Below, piece after piece: positions 51,276 to 61,286 of a stretch of 64,000 bases of DNA (positions within the stretch are counted from its first letter, which is position 1; each line of letters opens with the position of its first letter). Source of the DNA: Longimicrobiales bacterium (GTDB taxonomy: Bacteria > Gemmatimonadota > Gemmatimonadetes > Longimicrobiales > Gaopeijiaceae); assembly GCA_965218295.1 (NCBI GenBank), contig CBDCKN010000010.1, positions 1 to 64,000 on the forward strand, in the 5' to 3' direction. The notes under the pieces are model-generated. The model was not told where the DNA came from, ran no database searches, and saw nothing but the letters and a program-made list of their open reading frames with translations. The translations under genes were made by a program, and so were the position numbers.

Positions 51276-52013
51276 ATGCTTGCCGACACCAGTATCCCGT
51301 TTCATCCCGTGAGTGTGTGGGCGGACCGCTTTCCATGGGTGGTGGCCGGCATTACCCACGCGGGCTCCGAGAACGATCCCTTCGACCTCCGGCTCTTTGG
51401 GGAGTCTCCACACCCCCGGGCGGACGATCGTTGGCGAGCCGTTCTGGAGGCCACAGGCTTCGGCACGGTCGCCCACGCTCGTCAGGTCCACGAGACCAGG
51501 GTGGCCGTGCACGACGCTCTTCCGCGGGGGGTACACGTCGAGGGCGGTCCGGCGGACGGGCATGCCACATCCACGCCCGGGGTGCTGCTCGCGGTGACGG
51601 TGGCCGACTGCGTGCCGGTCTACCTCGTGGACCCGGAGCGGCGAGTCGTGGCTCTTCTTCACGCTGGGTGGAGGGGCACAGCGGGCGGCATCATGGCCGA
51701 GGGTGTCCGGACGCTCCACACACAGTTCGCCTCGGACGCTGCCCACCTACACGCGCATCTCGGCCCGGCCATCTGCGGGGCCTGCTACGAGGTCGGCCCG
51801 GAGGTCTGCGACGCCCTGGGGCTGCCAACGCGGTCCGGTCCAACGCCGGTGGACGTACGAGCCCTTCTGGTCTCGCGGGCCCGCTCACTGGGTGTCCAAG
51901 AGAGCCGCATCACGGTTTCGGAGCACTGCACTCTGTGTGGAACCGCCGGTTTGTTCTCACACCGGGCAGGGCGATCCGAGCGCCAGGCGGCGCTGCTGGG
52001 AATTCGGCCGTGA
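51276..52013 (+). CDS. pgeF: YfiH/PgeF-family protein (purine nucleoside phosphorylase / laccase-domain)
   Basis: RQVHE, VTVADCVPV, HAGWRG, HLGPAICGACYEVG, FSHR. Confidence 0.88.
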   Translation: MLADTSIPFHPVSVWADRFPWVVAGITHAGSENDPFDLRLFGESPHPRADDRWRAVLEATGFGTVAHARQVHETRVAVHDALPRGVHVEGGPADGHATSTPGVLLAVTVADCVPVYLVDPERRVVALLHAGWRGTAGGIMAEGVRTLHTQFASDAAHLHAHLGPAICGACYEVGPEVCDALGLPTRSGPTPVDVRALLVSRARSLGVQESRITVSEHCTLCGTAGLFSHRAGRSERQAALLGIRP

Positions 52014-52204
52014 ACAGGGCGGTGGGACTCTGTGAGAAGTGCGCCTTCGTCCGACTGGTCGAGAACGAGCGGGCGTCTATCTTTTATCTTTGTGAGCGAT
52101 CCTTCGAGGACTCGTGCTATCCCAAGTATCCACCGCTCCCCGTGCTCGCTTGCCCGGGCTTCGAGGTGGCGGCTAACGAACACGAGGGGGAGGTGGAAGA
52201 ATGA
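52010..52204 (+). CDS. Small Cys-rich protein (64 aa), putative metal-binding
   Basis: MNRAVGLCEKCAFV...FYLCERS...YPKYPPLPVLACPGFE; GTGA overlap with pgeF and ATGA overlap with the next gene. Confidence 0.7.
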   Translation: MNRAVGLCEKCAFVRLVENERASIFYLCERSFEDSCYPKYPPLPVLACPGFEVAANEHEGEVEE

Positions 52205-52665
52205 GCGATCCGTTCTACGTCGCCCGGGCTGACGTTGGGAGGCTGTCTGGGGTCCATCGACGGGCTCTCCTGGAGGATGGCACCCAGATCGACTTCGGCG
52301 TGCACGGACCGGTGAAGGCCCACTACGGATTGGACTCGGAGCCCAACCTGCCCCTGCCCGTGGACTATCTGGTGGCGTCGGCGGCCGGCTGACTACTCGG
52401 GACTCTTATCGGCGCACTGGAAGTGCGCGGGGTCAAGTTACCGAGCGATCACATCCGCTCGAGTGCCGAGGGCTTCAACGAAATGCGGGACAAGATCCCG
52501 ATCCTCACCAAGATCCATGTCCACCACACCATCCAGATTCCCGAAGGGACCCGGGAGATCGTGGACAAGGCGCTGGAGCGGCACGTGGACAAATGCCCGA
52601 CTGCCCAGAGCCTGAAGGGTGCGGTGGAGATCACCTGGACTGCTGAGGTCGAGGAGGGTCAATAG
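52201..52665 (+). CDS. OsmC-family protein, probable selenoprotein (TGA at 52390-52392 read as Sec; 154 aa)
   Basis: PVDYLVASAAG-TGA-LLGTLIGALEVRG in one frame; second Cys in HVDKCPTAQSL; SECIS-like hairpin follows. Confidence 0.8.
52396..52445 (+). promoter_or_regulatory. Candidate bacterial SECIS element
   Basis: GCGCACT-GGA-AGTGCGC apical stem-loop (52412-52428), lower pairings GACTCT/GGGGTC and CTCGG/CCGAG; G-leading loop begins 26 nt after the TGA. Confidence 0.65.
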
Positions 52666-52751
52666 GAACCCCGTGACCGGCGGCCGGGTTTGGGGTACAC
52701 TGGAGCAACGAGATCCCGCTTCTCATCTCCTTCATCACCCGGACGAGCTGC

Positions 52752-54362
52752 ATGCCGGAAGTACTGGCCTACATCACCTTGATTCTCACGGCAGGTGTGC
52801 TCGCCCTGCTCCTTCCCTTCGCGCTGCACCGGGCGTATTTGCTGGTGCTCTCCAGACGGCGGCAGTCGGCCGTTCTGGACCCCTGGCCCGAGTCCGAGCT
52901 TCCTCGGGTTACAATCCAGCTGCCCGTCTACAACGAGCTCCACGTCATCGAACGGCTCGTGGATGCGGCGTGCGGGCAGGATTATCCCCGTGACCGCTTC
53001 GACGTGCAGATCCTGGACGACTCCACCGACGGCACCGCCGGCATCGCGGAGGCGCTGGCCGAGGGGTGGCGAGCCAGGGGCGTTGCGGTGGAGCATATGT
53101 GCCGAGGGACGCGGGCCGGCTTCAAGGCTGGCGCCCTGGCCTACGGGACCGAGCGATCGCGAGGAGACTTCCTTCTCGTCCTCGACGCGGACTTCGTCGC
53201 ACCGCCCGACCTGATCCGGAGGATCCTGCCCCCCTTCCGTGATCCGGGGGTCGGCATGGTGCAGGCCCGCTGGGACCATCTGAACTCGGACGAGAGCTGG
53301 TTGACCAGGGGCCAGAGTCTCTTCCTCGACGGTCACTTCTTCTTCGAGCAGGGTGGTCGGTACAAGAGCGGGTGCTTCTTCAACTTCAACGGCACGGGCG
53401 GCATGTGGCGACGCACCTGCATCCACGAGGCCGGGGGCTGGCGGGCCGACACGCTGACCGAGGATCTGGATCTCAGCTACAGGGCCCAGATGAAGGGGTG
53501 GCGCTTCGCCTTCCTGGAGGACGTCGGCGTTCCGGCCGAGATCCCGTCTACCGTCGGCGCCCTGGAGGTACAGCAGAGGCGTTGGGCCCAGGGAGGGATC
53601 CAGACCGCGAAGAGGGTCCTCCCTGAGCTGCTCCGGGGACCATGGCCGCTGGGGGTGAAGTTGGAAGCGACCGTGCACCTCTGCGGACATTTAGCCCACC
53701 CCCTGACGCTGCTTCTGGGGCTACTGCTCCTCCCCTCCCAAATCGCCAGACGTGCGCTGGGGGTCGAGCACTATTTGCTGCCTGACCTCCTGGTGTTCAC
53801 GGCAGCCACGGTGCCGTTCCTCGTGTTCTACTCCCAAGCAGCCGCCAAGCGGGGCCGGAACCGGAGCTGGAGCCTGCGGGCAGTGCCGCAGGCCTTGGCT
53901 CTGGGCATCGGGCTGACGGTGGCGGTTACCGGGTCCGTGATCCGGGGGCTCTTCCATGGAGGCGACGATCCGTTCGTGCGCACTCCCAAGAAGGGCGAGG
54001 CGACCCAGGCTTCGTACCGGGCTCCGATCCCCGCCCGTGATCTGATTCTCAAGCTGTCCCTGGGTGTGGTCATGGTCGGCTACCTCGCCGGGGCCCTCGC
54101 GGCCGGGTTCTACGGGTCGGTACCGTTCATCGTGCTCTTCGGCTCCGGATACTTGGGCCTGGGACTGAAGGGGCTAGACGACCTCGGCCGCCTCCACCTC
54201 GGTCGCCTCCACGCCTCGCCCGGAGAGCCCCGTGGCATCGTAGGCAAGCAATCCGAAGACCGGCGCCCAGAGCAGCACGCGAGCCCACACGGGCTGCAGC
54301 CAGACTCCCTGGGTGTGATACGTCTCGAGGCCCCAGTAGCCGAGGAATACGAGCCCGCTTAG
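52752..54362 (+). CDS. Membrane GT2 glycosyltransferase (cellulose-synthase-like)
   Basis: VTIQLPVYNE, QILDDSTD, GFKAGAL, LDADF, TLTEDLD, QQRRW, FVRTPK. Confidence 0.9.
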   Translation: MPEVLAYITLILTAGVLALLLPFALHRAYLLVLSRRRQSAVLDPWPESELPRVTIQLPVYNELHVIERLVDAACGQDYPRDRFDVQILDDSTDGTAGIAEALAEGWRARGVAVEHMCRGTRAGFKAGALAYGTERSRGDFLLVLDADFVAPPDLIRRILPPFRDPGVGMVQARWDHLNSDESWLTRGQSLFLDGHFFFEQGGRYKSGCFFNFNGTGGMWRRTCIHEAGGWRADTLTEDLDLSYRAQMKGWRFAFLEDVGVPAEIPSTVGALEVQQRRWAQGGIQTAKRVLPELLRGPWPLGVKLEATVHLCGHLAHPLTLLLGLLLLPSQIARRALGVEHYLLPDLLVFTAATVPFLVFYSQAAAKRGRNRSWSLRAVPQALALGIGLTVAVTGSVIRGLFHGGDDPFVRTPKKGEATQASYRAPIPARDLILKLSLGVVMVGYLAGALAAGFYGSVPFIVLFGSGYLGLGLKGLDDLGRLHLGRLHASPGEPRGIVGKQSEDRRPEQHASPHGLQPDSLGVIRLEAPVAEEYEPA

Positions 54363-55472
54363 GAGGATCCAGCCCCGGTTCCCGCGCAGGGCCGCGAACG
54401 GAAGGGCCCAGAGCACGTACCAGGGGTGGACGGTGGGGGAAAGGAGCAGGCCAGCTCCCAGGATCCAGAAAAGGGCTCTCTCGGCATCGTACGACCTCCA
54501 GGTCGTCCATCCGATGACCGCCAGGACGATCAGCCCCGCCGCCACACGGGGCGCCACGGGGCCGGGAATGATCCACTCCAAGACCGCGAAGGCCCCCTCC
54601 TGGAATCGCCAGTGCTCGGCGAACGTGGCCAGGCCCCCCCAGAGCGTCCGTCCGGCCGATAGGTACGGCAGATAGAGCACGGCGAGGGTGATACCGAATG
54701 CCAGCGCCATCCGCCATCCGTACCGTCTCCAAAGCGGAGGCAGAGCGGCGGCGGGCGCGAACTTGGCCACGGTTGCCAGGCCCAAGGCCATGCCCACGCG
54801 CGCCGGGTGAGCGCCGAAGTAGAGGAGAAGGGCGATGAACACGAGCCCCAAGGCCTCCAGGTGCCCGTTCCAGGCGGTCTCGATGATGAGCAATGGGGAC
54901 CACAGGTAGAGGGTCAGCACCCCCCGGGGGTCACGTCCCGACCGGCTAGCCACCCTTCCCAGGAGGAACGCGGTCACAAGATCCAGGCCCACCCACACCA
55001 CCTTCAGGCCGAGGATCGTCCCTCCCAGCAGGGCGTTCAGCAGGAAGACGATCTGGGCCAGGGGTGGGTAGATGGTGGACACCGACGGACTGTTGATGTG
55101 TGCGTGCCAAGGGGTTCGGAACGGCTCCAGCGCTGGGTCGCCTGGAGCATGGAGGTACGGATTGACACCCTGGAGTTGGACGTGCCCGTCCCAGAGGTAT
55201 CGGTAGAAGTCGTCCGTGAGCTCGGGGGGCACTGGAAGCAGGACCAGGCGGAAGACGAGGGCCCAAACCCAGATGATCATGAGCTCTGTACGGACGGAGT
55301 GTGGTGGGCCCCCCCGTCCGGTCGCGTATGCGGCAAGCCCGTACGCCAAGAAGGCGCCCCCCACGAGGCCGAGACCGGGCGAGGGGAAGCCTCGCCCGGG
55401 CCACCATGCGGCGGTGGCCAGGAGGACGAGCTCGACGCCGCCCATGGCCGCGAGGAAACGGCCCGAGCCCAT
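54174..55472 (-). CDS. Polytopic GT-C fold glycosyltransferase (GT87/DUF2029-like)
   Basis: LTDDFYRYLWDG, GVNPY, TIYPPLAQ, NGHLE, PTVHPWY; many TM helices; SD AAGGA before ATG 55472. Confidence 0.8.
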   Translation of the reverse strand: MGSGRFLAAMGGVELVLLATAAWWPGRGFPSPGLGLVGGAFLAYGLAAYATGRGGPPHSVRTELMIIWVWALVFRLVLLPVPPELTDDFYRYLWDGHVQLQGVNPYLHAPGDPALEPFRTPWHAHINSPSVSTIYPPLAQIVFLLNALLGGTILGLKVVWVGLDLVTAFLLGRVASRSGRDPRGVLTLYLWSPLLIIETAWNGHLEALGLVFIALLLYFGAHPARVGMALGLATVAKFAPAAALPPLWRRYGWRMALAFGITLAVLYLPYLSAGRTLWGGLATFAEHWRFQEGAFAVLEWIIPGPVAPRVAAGLIVLAVIGWTTWRSYDAERALFWILGAGLLLSPTVHPWYVLWALPFAALRGNRGWILLSGLVFLGYWGLETYHTQGVWLQPVWARVLLWAPVFGLLAYDATGLSGRGVEATEVEAAEVV

Positions 55473-55546
55473 GAGGGGTTCCTTCTCCGGAGGCGTTATG
55501 TTCACCGCCGACGCTTCATTGGCTCGCCACCGTACCCGGTCTCCCC

Positions 55547-56254
55547 GTGACCCACTCCGTTGCAGTGCTGATCCCCGCCCTGGATGAGGAGGAAACACTT
55601 CCGGGGCTCCTCTCCGACCTGCGGGACCGATCCGTGGGGCTGGTGGTGGTGGTGGACAACGGCTCCAGGGACCAGACCCCGGACGTGGCCGTGGAAGGAG
55701 GGGCGTACCTGGTGACCGAGCCCCAGCGGGGCTACGGAGCGGCGTGCCTGGCGGGCATCGACTTCCTGCGGTCCATGCCCAATCCACCTGCGGCCCTGGT
55801 ATTCTTGGACGCCGATCACGGGGAAGGTCCGGGCCAGATCGAGATGCTCGTCGATCCGATCTTGCGAGGAGAGGCGGACCTAACGCTGGGCGTCAGACGT
55901 CGAGGGGGCGGAAAGGTCGGCACCGTATTCAGGCATGCGCGTCTCGGAAACCGCCTCGTCACCTCGATGATTCGTCTCCTCTTCGGTCGCACCTTTCGTG
56001 ACCTGCCCCCGTTCAGGGCCATCGACTTCCGCAAGCTCATCGAGCTGGAGATGGACGATCGTAACTGGGGCTGGACGCTGCAGATGCAAATCCGGGCGGC
56101 TCGACACGCGTTCCGTATCGTGGAGATCGAGGTCGCCCACGGAGCTCGATTCGCTGGAGAGTCCAAGATATCGGGCTCGGTGATGGGCACGGTGCGCGCC
56201 GGGAGCAAGATGCTCCTTACCCTTCTCACGGAGCGTCTGAGACGCCGCCCCTGA
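55547..56254 (+). CDS. GT2 glycosyltransferase (polyprenyl-phosphate sugar synthase-like)
   Basis: LIPALDEE, VVDNGSRD, RGYGAAC, FLDAD, WGWTLQMQ, GESKISG. Confidence 0.88.
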   Translation: MTHSVAVLIPALDEEETLPGLLSDLRDRSVGLVVVVDNGSRDQTPDVAVEGGAYLVTEPQRGYGAACLAGIDFLRSMPNPPAALVFLDADHGEGPGQIEMLVDPILRGEADLTLGVRRRGGGKVGTVFRHARLGNRLVTSMIRLLFGRTFRDLPPFRAIDFRKLIELEMDDRNWGWTLQMQIRAARHAFRIVEIEVAHGARFAGESKISGSVMGTVRAGSKMLLTLLTERLRRRP

Positions 56255-57071
56255 GAAAGCTCTGGACGATCTCCAGAGAGTCCTTCGGGAGCTCCTCGGG
56301 CGGTAGATGTCCGCATTCCTCCAATACCTCGAGGGTGGCCTGGGGTAGGGCGTCCGAGAGCCTCTCACCCACGGAGAGGGGCACCACGCGGTCGTGACGC
56401 CCCCAGAGGAGAAGCGTGGGGACGTCGATCTCGCGAAAACGGGCGGTGAACTCGTCGAGACCCGACGGGACGATGCCCAGTGCCGTTTTGATGAGGGCCA
56501 GGCGATGAGGTGCGCTTGTGAGCGGCTCGGCGTAGGCCTCCACCTGAGCTCCGCTGATGGCTAACGGATCGTGGACGATGGACCGGAGCACCCACCTGAT
56601 GAGCCGCCGCTTCGGGACCACCGCGAACAACCAGCGAGTCGGTCGACCCCTGCGGGCCAGCTTAACGAAGGGGGGCAGACGCTGCGGGTAGGCGGCGCTG
56701 GAGACGAGCACCAATCGTTGGAGCCGTCCCTGGTCCAGCAGTCGAAGGGCAACGAGCAACGCGATCCCCCCACCCATGGAGTGCCCGAAGAGCGTCAGCT
56801 CACGCAGGTCCCTTTGGATGATGAAGCGGTGAATCAACTCGGCGTGGTCATGAGGAGAGTAGCGATCGTCCGGAGGAGCCGGCGCCGAGCCGTGCCCCTT
56901 GAGGTCCACCGCCCACACCTCGTGATGCTCCGCCAGAGCGGGAATCCAATGCCGCCAGGAGAAGGAGCTCGCTGCGTAGCCGTGCAGGAGCACGACAGGG
57001 CTGCCGCCGTCCCCGTAGCACTCCACGTGGAGGGGCAGCGCGTACGCTCCCGGCGTGGTCCAGGTGGTCAC
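56226..57071 (-). CDS. Alpha/beta-fold hydrolase
   Basis: LLHGY, DLKGHG, GHSMGG, WGRHD, CGHLPPEE. Confidence 0.9.
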   Translation of the reverse strand: MTTWTTPGAYALPLHVECYGDGGSPVVLLHGYAASSFSWRHWIPALAEHHEVWAVDLKGHGSAPAPPDDRYSPHDHAELIHRFIIQRDLRELTLFGHSMGGGIALLVALRLLDQGRLQRLVLVSSAAYPQRLPPFVKLARRGRPTRWLFAVVPKRRLIRWVLRSIVHDPLAISGAQVEAYAEPLTSAPHRLALIKTALGIVPSGLDEFTARFREIDVPTLLLWGRHDRVVPLSVGERLSDALPQATLEVLEECGHLPPEELPKDSLEIVQSFLRGGVSDAP

Positions 57072-59770
57072 TCCAGATCGATCCTTTGAGCACCGTGCTC
57101 CGCCAACTCGTCGGCCCACGGTGCGTGACAGGTCATGACGAACACCTGACGGGTCCGTGAGAGCTCGTGCAGGAGCTCGAAGCCCTGGGCGCGCCGGGAA
57201 TCGTCCCAGTTCACGAAAGTCTCGTCGACGAAGGCGGGGAGACGCTCTCTACCTTCGTCCAGATGACTCATGACCGCTAACCGGATCGCCAGGTAGAGCT
57301 GTTGCTGGGCTCCCGTGGACAGGCTTGACGCCTCCACGGCCCCGCCGGTCCCGGGCCCACGCACGTAGAAGTCCCCGGTCTCCCCCACGGTGATGCGATC
57401 GTACCTGCCGCTCGTGATGGTCTTCAGGTACTCCGAGGCCTTACACACAACGTCGGGCTGGTGCTCCTCGCGGAATCGGCGATCGGCTTCCCGGATGAGA
57501 TGCGCCAACAGGAGCTTCCGGTCGTGCTCGGCCTTCAAGTGGGCGAGCTCGGCTTCGAAGGCCTCGATCTCCCCGTCGATCTGATCGGTCGTGATCTGCT
57601 CCTCGGCACGGCCGCACTCGTGCTCGAGCTCCTTCACACGCCCGGTGAGCTCCTCGATCCGGTCCGACTGCTCCTCGAGGGCGATGCGTGCAACCGCCAG
57701 CTCGTCGTCTCCTATGGGACGCCCGTCGGAGTTTCCGAGCTCGTCGAGTCGAGCCACGAGCTCGTCCAGATCGGGGTGGGAGCGCTTCAGGTCCTCGCGG
57801 ATCTGCTCCGCACGCACGCGGGCTCGCCGTCTCCGCTCCGCCGCCTCCAATCCGGCGGCCACATCGTCGCCGCCCAGCCTTCGGAGGGCCTCTTCGAGGG
57901 AGCGCAGCTCGGCGGTGTGCGCGTCCAGCTCGCTCCGGAGGTCGTCTTGGGCTCGGTCCAGGCTCTCGAGCTCGCGCTGGGCGGACTTGGACGCCTCCTC
58001 CGCCCTCTCCACTTCCCGCAGCTTGCTCTCCAGCACGTGAACCGCCACCGAATCGTCCAGGGGAAGATCGATCCCGAGCTCCCGGCCGGCCGTCGCGAGG
58101 CGCTCGTGCACCTGGTCGAAGGCCTCCCTGGAGCGCTTGGCCTCGACGGTCCGGGCATCCAACTCGTCCAACAGCTCCTGAAGCCGCGCGACGGTGACGC
58201 TGAGCTCGGGCCCGGCCTCCTCGACAACGTCGTCACGAATCGGCAGATCAGCGAGGAGCTTGCGAAGCTCCCGGACGGCCGACTCCACGCCCTCGGCATC
58301 ATCGGCCACGCCCTGGGAGGCGCCGCCATCTCCCACGGTAGCGAAGTCGGAGGGTCCGCCTCTCTCACCCCGTTCGAACGCCTCGTGCATGGTCCACCAG
58401 CGAGTGAGGTACATTGCGGAGACCAGGGCCAGGACTGCACCGATGACCCGCGGCCAGGCCTCCTCGCCCCCGGGAAGCAACAGAGCCGCGGCCGCCAGGC
58501 CGGACGCGGCTCCGACCACCAGCGTACGGGCGGAGGGCCTCGGAGCGGCCTGGCGCAGCGTGGAGCGTACCTCGCGCTCACGCTGCCGGTCCCGGGCTCT
58601 GGCGGCGTCTCTGACCCGATCGTGGAGCTCCCTGGGCACGATGCGCCTGATGACCTTCTTCTCGCTTTCGGTGAGATCTCGCGCGAAGAGCCGGTTGAGC
58701 GAGGAGTCGGCGCGACGGCGGCGGTCCTGGATCTCGCGTTCGAGGGCACCGAGACGAGTACTAGCAGGCTTTAGGCCGGCCACCTCGACCACCAGATCTT
58801 CGATGTCCGCTCGAGCCCCGAGCACGCGCTCCTCGGCCGATCCGAAGCGGGCGGCTCGCTCCCGGGGTGTCTCGGCCTCCTCACATGCGCGTTCGAGACG
58901 GCTCTGGAGCTTGGCCACTTCGGCTACGAGGCGGCCATGGGTGCCGACGGGGTCCGGGGGGATCCCGTCGAGCTTCTGGGTCGAGCCCGCCTCCTCGTCG
59001 AGCTCTGTCGCACGGTCGAGGAGCTTTCTCACAGGGAGGAGCGTGGTGGTGCGCTCGATCAGGAGTCGTTCCTGCTCGCGCAGGAGCTTGGCCTCCTTCA
59101 GCTCCTCCCGGGTCCGCTGCAGCTTCTTCATTGACCCTCTCAGAAGTCGATCCGTGTCCAGCGCTTGTCGCCGTCGCGTGGACGCGCGATGGATCCGGTC
59201 TCGCAGCTCACGGATCTCCTGCTTGCCCCGACGGTCGGGCCGCCAAAGCCCCCGGGCCTCGACCTCCAGAACCTCAGCTGCCGAGCGGGCCGGTACCAGA
59301 TCCCGGGCCCCCATGGCGCCGATGAGCCGGTCCTGGATCTCTGACCAGGCCTCCGACTCCAGGGTGGCCACCTCGGCCAGGGTCAGGGCGAACACCTGAT
59401 GGAAGACCTCGCGCGTGACGTGGGTCGCACAGGACAGGGTCTGGTTTCGCAGGGGCTCCTCGTGATCACCTCGGGTGAGGTGACCGGCGGGGGACGCTAG
59501 GAGGCGCCTGCGGACGCTCCACAACTCATCGTCGTCCGGGCGGAGGTCGGCCTCCACGTCCAGGTCACGGCCGCTCCACGGCGCATATGGATGCTGATCC
59601 CGGGAGGTGGGATAGAGCCCGTAGATGACCGAGCCGAGCATGTGGAAGAAGGTGGTCTTTCCGGACTCGTTCGGTCCCACGACCACCGTGAGGCTCGCGA
59701 GCGGCTCTTCGCCCGTGTCGAACTCTTCCAGGCGGCCGAACGCCCAGGCGCGTATGCGCTCGAACTTCAT
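57068..59770 (-). CDS. YhaN-family SMC-like ATPase
   Basis: GPNESGKTT Walker A, long coiled coil with two central TM-like segments, LSTGAQQQLYLAIRL, FVDETFVNWD, MTCH. Confidence 0.88.
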   Translation of the reverse strand: MKFERIRAWAFGRLEEFDTGEEPLASLTVVVGPNESGKTTFFHMLGSVIYGLYPTSRDQHPYAPWSGRDLDVEADLRPDDDELWSVRRRLLASPAGHLTRGDHEEPLRNQTLSCATHVTREVFHQVFALTLAEVATLESEAWSEIQDRLIGAMGARDLVPARSAAEVLEVEARGLWRPDRRGKQEIRELRDRIHRASTRRRQALDTDRLLRGSMKKLQRTREELKEAKLLREQERLLIERTTTLLPVRKLLDRATELDEEAGSTQKLDGIPPDPVGTHGRLVAEVAKLQSRLERACEEAETPRERAARFGSAEERVLGARADIEDLVVEVAGLKPASTRLGALEREIQDRRRRADSSLNRLFARDLTESEKKVIRRIVPRELHDRVRDAARARDRQREREVRSTLRQAAPRPSARTLVVGAASGLAAAALLLPGGEEAWPRVIGAVLALVSAMYLTRWWTMHEAFERGERGGPSDFATVGDGGASQGVADDAEGVESAVRELRKLLADLPIRDDVVEEAGPELSVTVARLQELLDELDARTVEAKRSREAFDQVHERLATAGRELGIDLPLDDSVAVHVLESKLREVERAEEASKSAQRELESLDRAQDDLRSELDAHTAELRSLEEALRRLGGDDVAAGLEAAERRRRARVRAEQIREDLKRSHPDLDELVARLDELGNSDGRPIGDDELAVARIALEEQSDRIEELTGRVKELEHECGRAEEQITTDQIDGEIEAFEAELAHLKAEHDRKLLLAHLIREADRRFREEHQPDVVCKASEYLKTITSGRYDRITVGETGDFYVRGPGTGGAVEASSLSTGAQQQLYLAIRLAVMSHLDEGRERLPAFVDETFVNWDDSRRAQGFELLHELSRTRQVFVMTCHAPWADELAEHGAQRIDLE

Positions 59771-61009
59771 CTCTGCTCGACCACGCTCTTGAGCATGCGT
59801 GACAGGATCTCCTCTTCGCCTGCATGCAGGAGCTTCCTGACGTACTCGTCCATGTGATCCTGATCATCGAGGCCGATGAGCCGATCGCTGGGGAGATTCG
59901 GTCAAGGTGGTCTCGCCGGATCGGAGCGCGGCCACCAGTCGTAGGGCCTGGCCGAGCACGTCCTCTCGGACCGCGTGATCCTGGGCCCGGATCTCCGGAT
60001 GGACGCTGCCGATCTGGAGAGTCAGGTCCAGCACGCCGAGTCGATCAGCCAGCTCCTCCCGCAGGTGCTCCTGGTCCTCCTCCCGCGAGAGCTCCCTCCA
60101 CAGCGGCGTGGCCCCGCTGAGGCGGACGCGTGCGATCCACCCCGATACGCCCGTGCCATCCGCCACCTCGTCCCACCGCGAAGCAACGGTGCGGACGAGG
60201 GCGTCGAGCGTGTCGGCGTCGGTGGGATCCTGAACCTCCACGTCCTCCCACCGGATGGGAGCCATCTCCTTGAATTCCACGCGTGGGGGCGCTCCCGGGG
60301 AGAGCTCCACGAGAAGGCACCCCTTGGCTCCGCGCTCGCCGTGCGTGCGTCCCTGGAGATTCCCGGGGTAGTGGATGCCCGGGTGCTCGCAGAGGCAGGA
60401 GCGCTTGTGGACATGGCCCAGCGCCCAGTAGTCGAAGCCCGAGCTGCTCAGGGTCTCGAGGTACGAGGGAGCGTACCGCTGATGATCCGCGGATCCTGGA
60501 GAGTCGACTACCTGGGAGTGGAGGACCGCCACCTCCGGGAGGCGTCCGTCGGGGGTCGGGAAGGCCTCCGACAGATCCACCGTCTCGGACGAGGTCTCAT
60601 GCCCGGCGGCGGTCACCATCCCCAGGGTCTCCCCGTCGCAGCTCTCCACTGCGATGCGCACGGGGTCGCGGTCCCGCGCGACGGTGACGTTCCCGGGCCA
60701 TGCCAGATCCGCGGATCGTTGCCCTTCACGCCCGGGATCATGGTTTCCTGTGGCGTACACTACGGGGATGCCCGCCTGGTCGAGGCGGTGGAGCTGCTCG
60801 AGGAGGAAGCGCTCGGTCTGGAAAGAAAGCCGTCCGTCGTCGAAGAGATCACCGGCCAAGAGGACGGCGTCCACCCGCTCATCGAGTGCCAGATCCACGA
60901 GCCGTCGAAATGCGACGCGCGACGCTTCTCGCAGACGCGTACGGACCGTGTCCGAGCGACTCGAGAATGCGGTGTCGAGGTGTACGTCGGCGGCGTGAAT
61001 GAAGCGCAT
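59767..61009 (-). CDS. YhaO/SbcD-like metallophosphoesterase, 1-bp frameshift near 59897
   Basis: FIHAADVHLD, AGDLFD, GNHD, YWALGHVH, YPGNLQG; the shifted frame ends in an ATGA overlap with the ATPase. Confidence 0.88.
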
Positions 61010-61286
61010 CAATTGCCTGGGATCCTCAACGCGTGGGCCGGCGTTCCAAAGCTAGGCGCAGCCGGTGGGCGGGGGCCAGGGCTGAAAGGGCGATCCTCGT
61101 CTGCTCCAGCATCCGGTTACGCTTCTTGCCTTCCGCTCCATGACTGCCGATATCCGGTGTCAGGACCAAGGCACTTCTTGAAGGGAGCAAAGGCCGTTTC
61201 TATCTTTGACGATCACGGGCAGCGACTCATCTCTTACCCCTGACCGTCCCGACGCTAACGCGCTACAGGCTCTAGCTAACCTACCC

